Shown: positions 26,942 to 35,166 of the stretch, in pieces | Layout: each line of letters opens with the position of its first letter | Numbering within the stretch: position 1 is the stretch's first letter | Origin: a virus | Reading direction: 5' to 3' (one strand) | DNA: 64,000 bases | IMG/VR virus record: IMGVR_UViG_3300020048_000023 | Location: 64,001 to 128,000 of that record | Translations under genes and position numbers: made by a program | Notes under the pieces: model-generated | Database searches by the model: none | What the model was told of the DNA's origin: nothing | Seen by the model: only the letters and a program-made list of their open reading frames with translations

Positions 26942-27121
26942 ATGAAAAAGACATTAATCGTAGTTATACTTGTAGCGTTCGTAATTGGCGTTTTATTTAT
27001 TACCAGCCACGCATATGTGGTGGTACCATTGTTCGTCGCTTTGAAGGTTCTTGCATTTCTTATTATAGCTGGTTTAACGGCATATTTTATTGGTCGTTTC
27101 AGAGCCCGCCGTAATCTGTAA
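26942..27121 (+). CDS. small two-TM membrane protein (59 aa, not in track)
   Basis: MKKTLIVVILVAFVIGVLFI...YFIGRFRARRNL. Confidence 0.7.
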   Translation: MKKTLIVVILVAFVIGVLFITSHAYVVVPLFVALKVLAFLIIAGLTAYFIGRFRARRNL

Positions 27122-27143
27122 GGTCTGTGTTGTTTGTTGCCAG

Positions 27144-27270
27144 AGTGTTCAGTGGGTTTATTCTAAGAAGCTCTTCAACCCCTGCGGGAAACCTGTTCAG
27201 TATCATTGCGTGGTATTACTTTAGATAAGCTCTTCATACCAGTATCTGCGTAGGTTTCCTGTTGAACACT
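27144..27270. ncRNA. candidate structured RNA with two covarying repeat units
   Basis: Outer stem AGTGTTCAG/TTGAACACT; GGAAACCTG/TAGGTTTCC; two hairpins with different stems but loops both ending AAGCTCTTC. Confidence 0.65.
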
Positions 27271-27284
27271 TAAATTCTAACTAT

Positions 27285-27695
27285 ATGAAAAACAAATTAA
27301 CAACAATAATAGTACCTGCGAAAGGTAAACAGGAGTGGTGGGGTGGCGCGTTCACACTAACATTTGTTTATGCACCACACGGCAATTTTTTGTTAAAGGG
27401 GTATAAACGTGAGGTTGATGAATACCTTAGCACCCACTTTAAACGGTATTTCTCGCGATCGGTGTTATACAGGCATGGGGCGTTCCGTACCATATTTCGA
27501 TTCAGTGACGAATGCCAACTATTCGTTGATGAACCGTCCCTTAGAAAGAGGGATTACTGCCCCAGATACAAGGTTGTACCAAGATCATACCACGCCAATA
27601 AGGATGCGATAATGCTTAAATTCAAGCGGTTCCCGACCAGATGGATTCCAGAGTTCGATTACATAATTGATAAGTACAGAATAGTAAAACCCTAA
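27285..27695 (+). CDS. hypothetical protein
   Basis: 136-aa basic ORF. Confidence 0.75.
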   Translation: MKNKLTTIIVPAKGKQEWWGGAFTLTFVYAPHGNFLLKGYKREVDEYLSTHFKRYFSRSVLYRHGAFRTIFRFSDECQLFVDEPSLRKRDYCPRYKVVPRSYHANKDAIMLKFKRFPTRWIPEFDYIIDKYRIVKP

Positions 27696-27698
27696 CCA

Positions 27699-28319
27699 AT
27701 GGAATACAATAAAAATAAATTTCTAAATGTAAATATAGTCGGTATTTCTGGCGTAGAGTTTACAATATCTGACGACAGCACGGGCGAAACAATTATAGAA
27801 GCTGAGAAAAAGCTTAATTTGTTTGCGACACTTGATCTATTTGACATGCTGAGAGATAACCTGCAAACGATTGGTCATCACCTTAACCAGATGAATCTGT
27901 ACCGCCACTATGCCGACGACATTGACGCCGATCTGGACAAGCAGGAAACGCATTTCGATAAAGAAAACCAAGTATATTCCCTTGGCGGAAACTTCGCATT
28001 CTTCCTTCAAACCAAAAGGGATGTTGGGGATACGGGTATCAGTATGGCTGACAATAACGCGGCTGGCGATATACTCAAAAAAGCCTACAAAAAAGCCTAT
28101 CCGAGAAACAAAATCAGGTTTGATACCGAAATGAGCTTCTGTTATGTTGAAACAGACTCACGGAAAGAAGCTAAACGCTTTATGCTGTGGATGAACGAGA
28201 ACTACATTAAGCCTTGGGTAGACCAGTATGTAGAGGCTTGGGATGAATTTGTAGCAATTTACGATGAATCAACCGATAAACGTAAATCACGCATAGTGCA
28301 ACTTCTAAACCAATGGTAA
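27699..28319 (+). CDS. hypothetical protein
   Basis: 206-aa ORF. Confidence 0.8.
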   Translation: MEYNKNKFLNVNIVGISGVEFTISDDSTGETIIEAEKKLNLFATLDLFDMLRDNLQTIGHHLNQMNLYRHYADDIDADLDKQETHFDKENQVYSLGGNFAFFLQTKRDVGDTGISMADNNAAGDILKKAYKKAYPRNKIRFDTEMSFCYVETDSRKEAKRFMLWMNENYIKPWVDQYVEAWDEFVAIYDESTDKRKSRIVQLLNQW

Positions 28320-28510
28320 AGATATTTAACAAAGCAATGAGTAACTGTATATTCGGCGACGAGTTCGGCTTCTGCCATTGTCCGAATATAATGTACGACG
28401 ACTGCGATGGTCTGCCGTGCGATCACTACAAAAAAAACACAAGGAAAAGAAAGAGAGAGAGTAAAAATGAAAAAACCGATAGTGTTCTACCTCACAGAAC
28501 AGAAAATTAG
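28313..28510 (+). CDS. small Cys-containing protein
   Basis: Overlapping start; Cys cluster. Confidence 0.55.
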   Translation: MVKIFNKAMSNCIFGDEFGFCHCPNIMYDDCDGLPCDHYKKNTRKRKRESKNEKTDSVLPHRTEN

Positions 28511-28766
28511 TGAGGATGCAGGCAGTATTAAGCTCCTGTACGTTGAAAACTTGGATTACTGGAAAGCATACGGTTGTTTATCACCACTCCCTGTCAGCAT
28601 ACCGCTGGATATGCAGTATCATCTTCATATAGGTACACAGCTCACCAATAACGTGTTCCAGATTGATGATCAGAGTATAACAGAACAGGATTTTATAGAC
28701 GTTGGGTTCATAAAGGACGGAGCGTTTGAGAATATGTTCAAAAATTATCAGGCGGCGGAAAAATAA
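28467..28766 (+). CDS. hypothetical protein
   Basis: ATG 28467. Confidence 0.7.
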   Translation: MKKPIVFYLTEQKISEDAGSIKLLYVENLDYWKAYGCLSPLPVSIPLDMQYHLHIGTQLTNNVFQIDDQSITEQDFIDVGFIKDGAFENMFKNYQAAEK

Positions 28767-28767
28767 A

Positions 28768-28799
28768 TTTGGTTTTTAAAAGATATTTGTCTATCTTTG
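28768..28799 (+). promoter_or_regulatory. Bacteroidota promoter
   Basis: TTTG-N20-TATCTTTG. Confidence 0.8.
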
Positions 28800-28815
28800 C
28801 TCAAAATTAACACCT

Positions 28816-29070
28816 ATGGAAGATAAATTTGACGGTCAGGAAGAAGAAGTATTTGATTACTTGAGCGATTCCTGTAACCCAGCTTATACAGCTCTGGTCA
28901 GATTTGCATTAGATTGTAAGGTTGAAGACGTCGAGGCTCTGATGGCTCGCCGCCATTACGAACAGTGTCCACACTGTGCTTGGTGGGTAGAATCATTTGA
29001 GCTTATACCAGAAGACGAGGACGAGCCTGACGGTCACTGCGAAAACTGCCGCGTAGAAATTAACGAATAG
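28816..29070 (+). CDS. small zinc-finger protein
   Basis: CPHC...CENC. Confidence 0.75.
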   Translation: MEDKFDGQEEEVFDYLSDSCNPAYTALVRFALDCKVEDVEALMARRHYEQCPHCAWWVESFELIPEDEDEPDGHCENCRVEINE

Positions 29071-29071
29071 T

Positions 29072-29389
29072 ATGAACACACAAGACCCACTGTTTCAACA
29101 TATCACCTATGGTCGTGACGATGTACTCAATAACTTAGAGTATATAAAAAGCGCAATGCATAATATTGAACAACAAATTGTGTATATGGAAGAGCAGGGC
29201 TTAGGTCGGCGTTCCGATCTGGATTGGGAAGACACTGCGGCAAGAGTAAGAGCTTACTTTGAAGATATCCGCACAGGTTTACAACGTTTTGGTAATGACG
29301 TGGATTTCAGCGAAAATAATATAAGACACTTACCCAGAACAAAACTAGTAACCCAGCCTATTCCTGATAATGATGATTTACCATTTTAA
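29072..29389 (+). CDS. hypothetical protein with SSB-like acidic tail (DDDLPF)
   Basis: C-terminus NDDLPF. Confidence 0.75.
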   Translation: MNTQDPLFQHITYGRDDVLNNLEYIKSAMHNIEQQIVYMEEQGLGRRSDLDWEDTAARVRAYFEDIRTGLQRFGNDVDFSENNIRHLPRTKLVTQPIPDNDDLPF

Positions 29390-29400
29390 AACATACAATC

Positions 29401-29685
29401 ATGGCACACGAAATGAATAAACAATTTAGCTACAGAGGTTATAATTTTAATCTATGTGTACAACTGGACACCACTGTTGAACGGTGCCTTAATGGTAAAC
29501 ACTTCCACACCATTATCTGCAACGATATGGGTGTTACCAACTACTACCATAAAAAAGAAGTAGAGGATCAATCCTTGGTGCTTCAGGTTAGTTTTGAGGA
29601 AGAGTTGGCAAAGAAGTTTGTTGATGAACGCGAAGATGGTAAGGCGCCGTTAGATCAACGCTTAGCAGACCTTGGCTTTGTATAG
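29401..29685 (+). CDS. hypothetical protein
   Basis: 94-aa ORF. Confidence 0.75.
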   Translation: MAHEMNKQFSYRGYNFNLCVQLDTTVERCLNGKHFHTIICNDMGVTNYYHKKEVEDQSLVLQVSFEEELAKKFVDEREDGKAPLDQRLADLGFV

Positions 29686-29686
29686 T

Positions 29687-29887
29687 ATGAGAACGAAAGA
29701 CGATTTACTGGTTACTATGTTCAACAGAATATACGAAGTTGGCGATTTCGTACAGATGCTGGACGATCACGGAACTCCGTTTACGGCTCCTATAAGCCAT
29801 AAAGCCACCATACTTGGCGGTCATACACCTGTTGTTTACCTTGAAGGTAAAGGGGCTTACGCTCTCGAAAGACTAATAATTATTTAA
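29687..29887 (+). CDS. hypothetical protein
   Basis: ATG 29687. Confidence 0.7.
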   Translation: MRTKDDLLVTMFNRIYEVGDFVQMLDDHGTPFTAPISHKATILGGHTPVVYLEGKGAYALERLIII

Positions 29888-29898
29888 CACACAATACA

Positions 29899-30450
29899 AT
29901 GTACAAAAACTTAAAAGAAGACATTGAAAACGGACTAACCGTTTCTCAGGTGCTTATCGGATTTGCCCCAACACTTTGCGGTAAATTAGATCGCAAATTC
30001 AATTTGGTTCCCGATAACGAAACCCGTAAAAAGCTTAAAAGTTTGAAGGCTGAGTTGAAGCATATTAAGGGTCTAAGCGACGCCGAGGCTGAGCAGGAAC
30101 ATTCAGACCAATATGACGCGGCTATAGCAGAACACGAAGCCCTTGTAATAAAAAACACAGAGCTACGTAAAAAATATACCGATCTTATTGAAAAGATTAG
30201 GAACTTTAACGTGGCGCCGTATGAGGACACAATAGGTCAGATTCAATTTGTTGCCGTCCGTGACATTACCTTCTTAATGGAACAGGTTTGTTACATACCT
30301 AAGGCTTCACCTACTCGATATACTGGAGCTGAATGGAAAAAAGGTAAAATTCATGCTCTGGAAATGATGATTGCCGAGCATGAAGAAAATCTTAAAAACG
30401 AAAAAACCAACATTAATCACCTGTACGAGTTACTTTCACGCGAAAAGTAA
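29899..30450 (+). CDS. coiled-coil hypothetical protein
   Basis: 183-aa ORF. Confidence 0.75.
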   Translation: MYKNLKEDIENGLTVSQVLIGFAPTLCGKLDRKFNLVPDNETRKKLKSLKAELKHIKGLSDAEAEQEHSDQYDAAIAEHEALVIKNTELRKKYTDLIEKIRNFNVAPYEDTIGQIQFVAVRDITFLMEQVCYIPKASPTRYTGAEWKKGKIHALEMMIAEHEENLKNEKTNINHLYELLSREK

Positions 30451-30457
30451 TTAAAAG

Positions 30458-30489
30458 TTTGGAAAAATGATTAATTAGTTGTACTTTTG
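30458..30489 (+). promoter_or_regulatory. Bacteroidota promoter
   Basis: TTTG-N20-TACTTTTG. Confidence 0.75.
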
Positions 30490-30502
30490 GTGAAAATTAC
30501 TT

Positions 30503-30802
30503 ATGGCACGATTAGTTGAGGATAAAACAGTTAAGATCAGGAAGCCGCACAAGTGCCTGATGTGTAGCGAGGACTTTCCCGCTGGCACAGAAATGCACCA
30601 CCAAGTTCACAACTACGATGGATTCCACTCTGTTTATACCTGCGATTCGTGCTGGCAAATCCAAAGTAAAATGAAAAGCGATACTGAGCTAACGTTCGAG
30701 TCAACACCCGAAACAATACAAGCCAGTTTCGACTATTGTTTAAAACCCGAAGAATATTTAGCGCTTAAACGCGCAGAAAGGAAATCAAATGGGAATATAT
30801 AG
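30503..30802 (+). CDS. zinc-binding hypothetical protein
   Basis: RKPHKCLMC...CDSC. Confidence 0.75.
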   Translation: MARLVEDKTVKIRKPHKCLMCSEDFPAGTEMHHQVHNYDGFHSVYTCDSCWQIQSKMKSDTELTFESTPETIQASFDYCLKPEEYLALKRAERKSNGNI

Positions 30803-31136
30803 TAAATCACCGTGGCGTGCCTGTCATGACGGCGACTGCTTATGCGGTCAGATTTGGTCGGTAACTGACGATATCTGTATCGCTCACGTACTAAGTGCCT
30901 CTGATGAAGATTACACGGGCGGAGAAGGTGTAATAGCTGGGGGTGCAACCTTTAAGGCTAATGCCAAGCTAATGGCAGCCGCCCCTGAGTTGTACGAATC
31001 AGTACAAAACCTGCTCGGTATATTCAACAGCCCAATGTACAGGCGTAAACACAGCGGTATGGCTACCGAAGCTATTGAGTTAGCAAAGATAGCTCTCTAT
31101 AAAGCAGAAACAGGCGGCTATCCGCCAAAAAAATGA
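30789..31136 (+). CDS. phage hypothetical protein (ANAKLMAAAPEL motif)
   Basis: PW...ANAxLxAAAPEL motif common in phage proteins. Confidence 0.8.
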   Translation: MGIYSKSPWRACHDGDCLCGQIWSVTDDICIAHVLSASDEDYTGGEGVIAGGATFKANAKLMAAAPELYESVQNLLGIFNSPMYRRKHSGMATEAIELAKIALYKAETGGYPPKK

Positions 31137-31513
31137 ATAATATGAGCTACCTTATCCAAAAAATACGTGTCAGACTGCAAAATGCAGTTGTCACTGGGCG
31201 CGGTTTATATATCGACGGTAGTATTACCATAGGTGAAGAATTGTTGGAAGAATGTGGTATTGAAGAAGGCGAAGTTGTTGATATATCTAACTCTCAACAC
31301 ACTGAGTGGACGCAAGGTTTTGTTGCCAAAGGTAAAGGAAGAGAAATAGTAGTTAACGGTAGCCCAGCTAGAATGTTTTTTATTGGTGATAAAATTAGTA
31401 TTATTGCTTACGGATACAGATTTAGGTATGACGGCGATCTACTAAAAAACGACTTCGATACAATCACAATAAATCTGGACGGAACAATTGATAATGACAC
31501 CGTAACAAAATAA
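31133..31513 (+). CDS. panD: divergent aspartate 1-decarboxylase (PanD)-like protein
   Basis: AVVT...DGSITI-x3-LLEECGI-x3-E-x-V...VNGSPAR...GDKISIIAY. Confidence 0.75.
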   Translation: MNNMSYLIQKIRVRLQNAVVTGRGLYIDGSITIGEELLEECGIEEGEVVDISNSQHTEWTQGFVAKGKGREIVVNGSPARMFFIGDKISIIAYGYRFRYDGDLLKNDFDTITINLDGTIDNDTVTK

Positions 31514-31516
31514 GCT

Positions 31517-31675
31517 ATGTTTTACTGTAACGAATGCGCCAAAGAATACAAATATCCTGAAACTATCAGCAAGTCTGGCGGCAAATGTGAGATATGTGGT
31601 AAAATAGCCATATGCAACGATAGACCATCCAGCATGCTTCCGAAGCATAAGGATAAATCGAGGGGTCATAGGTAA
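31517..31675 (+). CDS. small zinc-finger protein (52 aa, not in track)
   Basis: MFYCNEC...CEICG...C. Confidence 0.7.
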   Translation: MFYCNECAKEYKYPETISKSGGKCEICGKIAICNDRPSSMLPKHKDKSRGHR

Positions 31676-31744
31676 GGTTATTTACTTTTGCCGCGCTGTT
31701 GCTATATTTATGGTATTCCAATAAATAAGCTAAACAATACTTCG

Positions 31745-31867
31745 ATGGCAAAGAGTCACAAACCCAAACACACCAACCGCTTGAACAAGAGTAATACTCG
31801 TAAGCGTGTGAAACAAATTGAAAAAAATAGGGAAATTTTAAACCGCATCAAAGAAGCCAATGCTTAG
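31745..31867 (+). CDS. small basic peptide (40 aa, not in track)
   Basis: MAKSHKPKHTNRLNKSNTRKRVKQIEKNREILNRIKEANA; overlaps radical SAM start. Confidence 0.65.
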   Translation: MAKSHKPKHTNRLNKSNTRKRVKQIEKNREILNRIKEANA

Positions 31868-32630
31868 AATTTACTCAATAGAATTAACGAACATTTGTAA
31901 CCTCAGGTGTGATCATTGTCCCTCTCACGGCAGCGTGTATCCAAGGGGTATGATCACACCTGAAACATTTGAGAAATGCCTGCAATTCATAAATCCTAAC
32001 ACAATGCCAATAATTACTGGGTTTGGTGAATCGTTGCTGCACCCAGACTATGATACCATACTCGGGCTTGCTAAAAAGTATAACGTTCATATGGCAATTC
32101 ATACCAACGGATTGCTATTAAGCGAAGAAGACGTAGCGCTCCTGCTCGATAACAACATAATCAACCTAGAAATCAGTATTCATACCAAGAAATCATTAGC
32201 CGCTTTCAAAATGGCTTATGAGTACATTATCCAGCGCGACCCTAAGTTCCACTTAAAAGCTAATATTATGAGCTGTTATACGGATAAGTTGCAGGGTTGG
32301 ATTAATGACACTGGTATAACTCAGGACGCCCTGCGCCGCATTACTGTTATCAATATGCACAACTGGGCTATGAACGATAGGGAATACACGCCAGCTGAGA
32401 ATTTGAAGTGGCAAAACAAGTGTGGATTTCTCAAAAAGAATATGGCTGTTATCCGCTGGGATGGTAGGGTTTACACGTGCTGTGTAGATAGCGAGGGCAT
32501 TAATTACATTGGTCACGTTGACGACTTTCCAAAGTTGTCAATTCATAAGGATTCGTACAAACTATGTTCCAAGTGTTCCCCAGCTTGGTTCAATGGTGAA
32601 ATCGGGGGAACAAAATTACCCGTGGTTTAA
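31860..32630 (+). CDS. radical SAM protein with SPASM/twitch domain
   Basis: CNLRCDHC, GFGESLLHP, TNG; C...DG-x-V-x2-CC-x-D...CSKC. Confidence 0.9.
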   Translation: MLRIYSIELTNICNLRCDHCPSHGSVYPRGMITPETFEKCLQFINPNTMPIITGFGESLLHPDYDTILGLAKKYNVHMAIHTNGLLLSEEDVALLLDNNIINLEISIHTKKSLAAFKMAYEYIIQRDPKFHLKANIMSCYTDKLQGWINDTGITQDALRRITVINMHNWAMNDREYTPAENLKWQNKCGFLKKNMAVIRWDGRVYTCCVDSEGINYIGHVDDFPKLSIHKDSYKLCSKCSPAWFNGEIGGTKLPVV

Positions 32631-32654
32631 AATAAATCTTTAACTAATGCGAAG

Positions 32655-32750
32655 ATGCTTTGGTGGATTTTTGGCGGTATAGCCGTCGTAATAATAATCT
32701 TTTTCAGCTACTGCCTATGCAGGATTGCTGATGAAATAAGACGTTCTTAA
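32655..32750 (+). CDS. small membrane peptide (31 aa)
   Basis: MLWWIFGGIAVVIIIFFSYCLC... Confidence 0.5.
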   Translation: MLWWIFGGIAVVIIIFFSYCLCRIADEIRRS

Positions 32751-32751
32751 T

Positions 32752-33045
32752 ATGGCAACTGTAAGTTTCAAAAGAGATCAACCCGAAATAAAATGTAAGT
32801 TTTCGGGTATAAAAACAGTTCAGGGTAACGGCTCCCCATGCTGCGAAGGTTTAGTACAATATGAGCCAGTAATTCTTGACTTCGAAGAAAACACTGATGG
32901 TAAAGTATTTGTGTTTAGTGGTAACTCCAACTCCCTGTTCATAGAAACTCAATTTCAAAAGATATGGTTGCTTGATATTCAGGACATTATATTAATGGAC
33001 GGTAATAAGCTGGGCGTCAAATTCGAAAACTTCTTAATGTACTAA
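32752..33045 (+). CDS. hypothetical protein
   Basis: 97-aa ORF. Confidence 0.7.
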   Translation: MATVSFKRDQPEIKCKFSGIKTVQGNGSPCCEGLVQYEPVILDFEENTDGKVFVFSGNSNSLFIETQFQKIWLLDIQDIILMDGNKLGVKFENFLMY

Positions 33046-33048
33046 GTT

Positions 33049-33462
33049 ATGGCTGTTGCAAGGAACCCAAACTACTGCTATATTTGTGGTGAGTTGATTA
33101 AAGAACGCCACATTAATATGGGCAAACATTTCTGCGGCGATACATTTATTGGCTACGAGTCACACGTATGTAATCACACTACTGAAAAATTTAAGGAATG
33201 GACTGCCAAAAGGGAAGCCTATAGGAATAGTCCAGAAGGTGAGAAGGAAACAGCCGACATTAAAAAAATGTGGGAAGGTATTAAGGTGCAAGCCGAAGCC
33301 AGAAAAACATACAGGGATGTTTCTGCAAAAAAGGATACACAAATGGACAATCTTAACGAATTTCTTCGTGAGATTGCTGACAACGGCAAGGTAGGTATTC
33401 GCAGGAAACTTGTCGCAATAAAAAGATATATTAAAAACTTGGATGGTAGCATTAATAAATAA
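33049..33462 (+). CDS. hypothetical protein
   Basis: N-terminal CYICG. Confidence 0.7.
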   Translation: MAVARNPNYCYICGELIKERHINMGKHFCGDTFIGYESHVCNHTTEKFKEWTAKREAYRNSPEGEKETADIKKMWEGIKVQAEARKTYRDVSAKKDTQMDNLNEFLREIADNGKVGIRRKLVAIKRYIKNLDGSINK

Positions 33463-33988
33463 TGTTGATTACTTCTCTTGTAGGACTTCGTGTAATAGAG
33501 TACCAATTGGAATAAAACTTTTAGCTGAGCGCAAGGATTACGTTTCTTGCAATTTGGATTACGGCGGCGGCAGATATGGCACCGCAACCAATTATCTGGA
33601 AGGATTCGGTATAGAGAACCACGTATACGACCCATACAACAGGTCAGCAGAACACAATACAGAGGCTCTGAGCCACGAATTTGACTCAGTGACACTATTG
33701 AACGTACTGAACGTGATAGAGAGCCCAGAAGAGCGCCTTGAGGTTATACGGGATGCATACAGTCGGCTCAAAGAAGGTGTAATGATCATCCAGATATACG
33801 AAGGTGATAAAAGCGGGGTCGGTACAATCAGTAAGAAGCAAACATACCAAGGTAACCGTAAGACTGAGTTTTACGTGATCGAGGTTAAAATAGCTCTGGC
33901 TGGTGAGCTTAAAATATGGCACGTGGATTGGAAAAAGAAATTCATTATCATTAATAAGGGTAAATATGTTAAAAAGGTACAAGAATAA
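33443..33988 (+). CDS. class I SAM-dependent methyltransferase domain (phosphorothioation-associated MTase-like)
   Basis: LDYGGG, VYDPY, D-x-VTLLNVLNVIE-x3-ER-x2-VI-x2-A, TYQ. Confidence 0.75.
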   Translation: MVALINNVDYFSCRTSCNRVPIGIKLLAERKDYVSCNLDYGGGRYGTATNYLEGFGIENHVYDPYNRSAEHNTEALSHEFDSVTLLNVLNVIESPEERLEVIRDAYSRLKEGVMIIQIYEGDKSGVGTISKKQTYQGNRKTEFYVIEVKIALAGELKIWHVDWKKKFIIINKGKYVKKVQE

Positions 33989-34421
33989 CGTGGGTAAATG
34001 TATAGGCGGTTGCCTATATTTTCATAAGGAATATGCTGAAAAACTTTACATGGATATCAGCAATCTTATTCGGGATGTTACCCCAGATTTTAATATCATT
34101 AAACTATCTTTATCCACGGCAGATATAACACTCCTTAATTCACCAGATTTTGATACATCGCCAGAACCATCAATTTTGGAATATTGGCATTATAGTTCAA
34201 ACTCTGACCAATGGAAGTACCATCGTTATAGCGAAGGCGATAATGCGCCCATATATCACCATAAGTGGATGTTTGTAATGGACGACTATTCTGGTTTCGA
34301 TGTTGAAGAGTCCAAACAACGGTCAGCTTGGATTGAGTCATTACCAATTAAGCATTTAAGTATTGGTTATCAACGCCAATGGAAAGAAATTTTAGGAAAA
34401 TTTGGTAGTTCGGAAAATTAG
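33966..34421 (+). CDS. stand-alone companion domain of phosphorothioation-associated MTases
   Basis: GK-x-IGG-x-LY-x-H, FNIIK, PDFDTSPEP, NAPIYHHK; ATG 33966. Confidence 0.6.
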   Translation: MLKRYKNNVGKCIGGCLYFHKEYAEKLYMDISNLIRDVTPDFNIIKLSLSTADITLLNSPDFDTSPEPSILEYWHYSSNSDQWKYHRYSEGDNAPIYHHKWMFVMDDYSGFDVEESKQRSAWIESLPIKHLSIGYQRQWKEILGKFGSSEN

Positions 34422-34432
34422 TTGTACATTTG
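34401..34432 (+). promoter_or_regulatory. Bacteroidota promoter
   Basis: TTTG-N20-TACATTTG. Confidence 0.85.
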
Positions 34433-34452
34433 CGGTTCAAATCTAAAATACT

Positions 34453-35166
34453 ATGCCGCTTATTACCAAAATACATAAGGCACCAGTTGGAGAGTTTACC
34501 ATTAAATTCTCAACCCGACTCAACAAGTTTGAAATCGAGTACCCAACCGACAACCCAGAGGTATTGGCTCAGCTCAATAACCAAGTTATTAATCGTAACC
34601 ATAATTTATTGAAGTGGAACGACGTTGAAGCTGAGATTCAGAGCATCATAGATCAATACCGCACCAAGATACTTATGACCCGCAAGGTTATCATAATCAG
34701 GCTACGGACTTCCGAGAGTAACTACGAATTTGAAAGTAAAAGAGAGTGGTTAGGAAAGACCACAACGGAGCAAAAACAATATGACCATCTGAATGACGTG
34801 GAAGGTTTTGCTCTTCAATGGTTCGTGGCAGAAGAATACCAGTACCCAAAGAAGGCAAACATACAAAGAAATGACTTGAGGTACAAGATCATTGAAACCA
34901 ATAAAAATAACAGCCGCAGTGGTTATTATTTGAACGGTAAACGGCATGATACTACCAACATATTACCGCAGTTGATGAATGACGACGATGGGTACGGAAG
35001 CCTACGTATATTCACCTATACTGACGACCTATACCAATTCCTACAAGAAGTGCAGGAATCCATAGCTACAATGCTACACAAAATGATTGACTATTTCTCC
35101 GTCGATCCACAAAAATTCTTGAATAACGTTGAACAAAAAATAAAATTACTCTCAGATGGAAAATAA
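34453..35166 (+). CDS. hypothetical protein
   Basis: 237-aa ORF. Confidence 0.8.
   Translation: MPLITKIHKAPVGEFTIKFSTRLNKFEIEYPTDNPEVLAQLNNQVINRNHNLLKWNDVEAEIQSIIDQYRTKILMTRKVIIIRLRTSESNYEFESKREWLGKTTTEQKQYDHLNDVEGFALQWFVAEEYQYPKKANIQRNDLRYKIIETNKNNSRSGYYLNGKRHDTTNILPQLMNDDDGYGSLRIFTYTDDLYQFLQEVQESIATMLHKMIDYFSVDPQKFLNNVEQKIKLLSDGK

Noticed and set aside
27144-27270. Hammerhead ribozyme, TIGR array or glycine riboswitch
   Set aside because: It lacks the CUGANGA...GAAA core, has only two units with no adjacent Nop-domain gene recognised, and lacks glycine aptamer consensus motifs.
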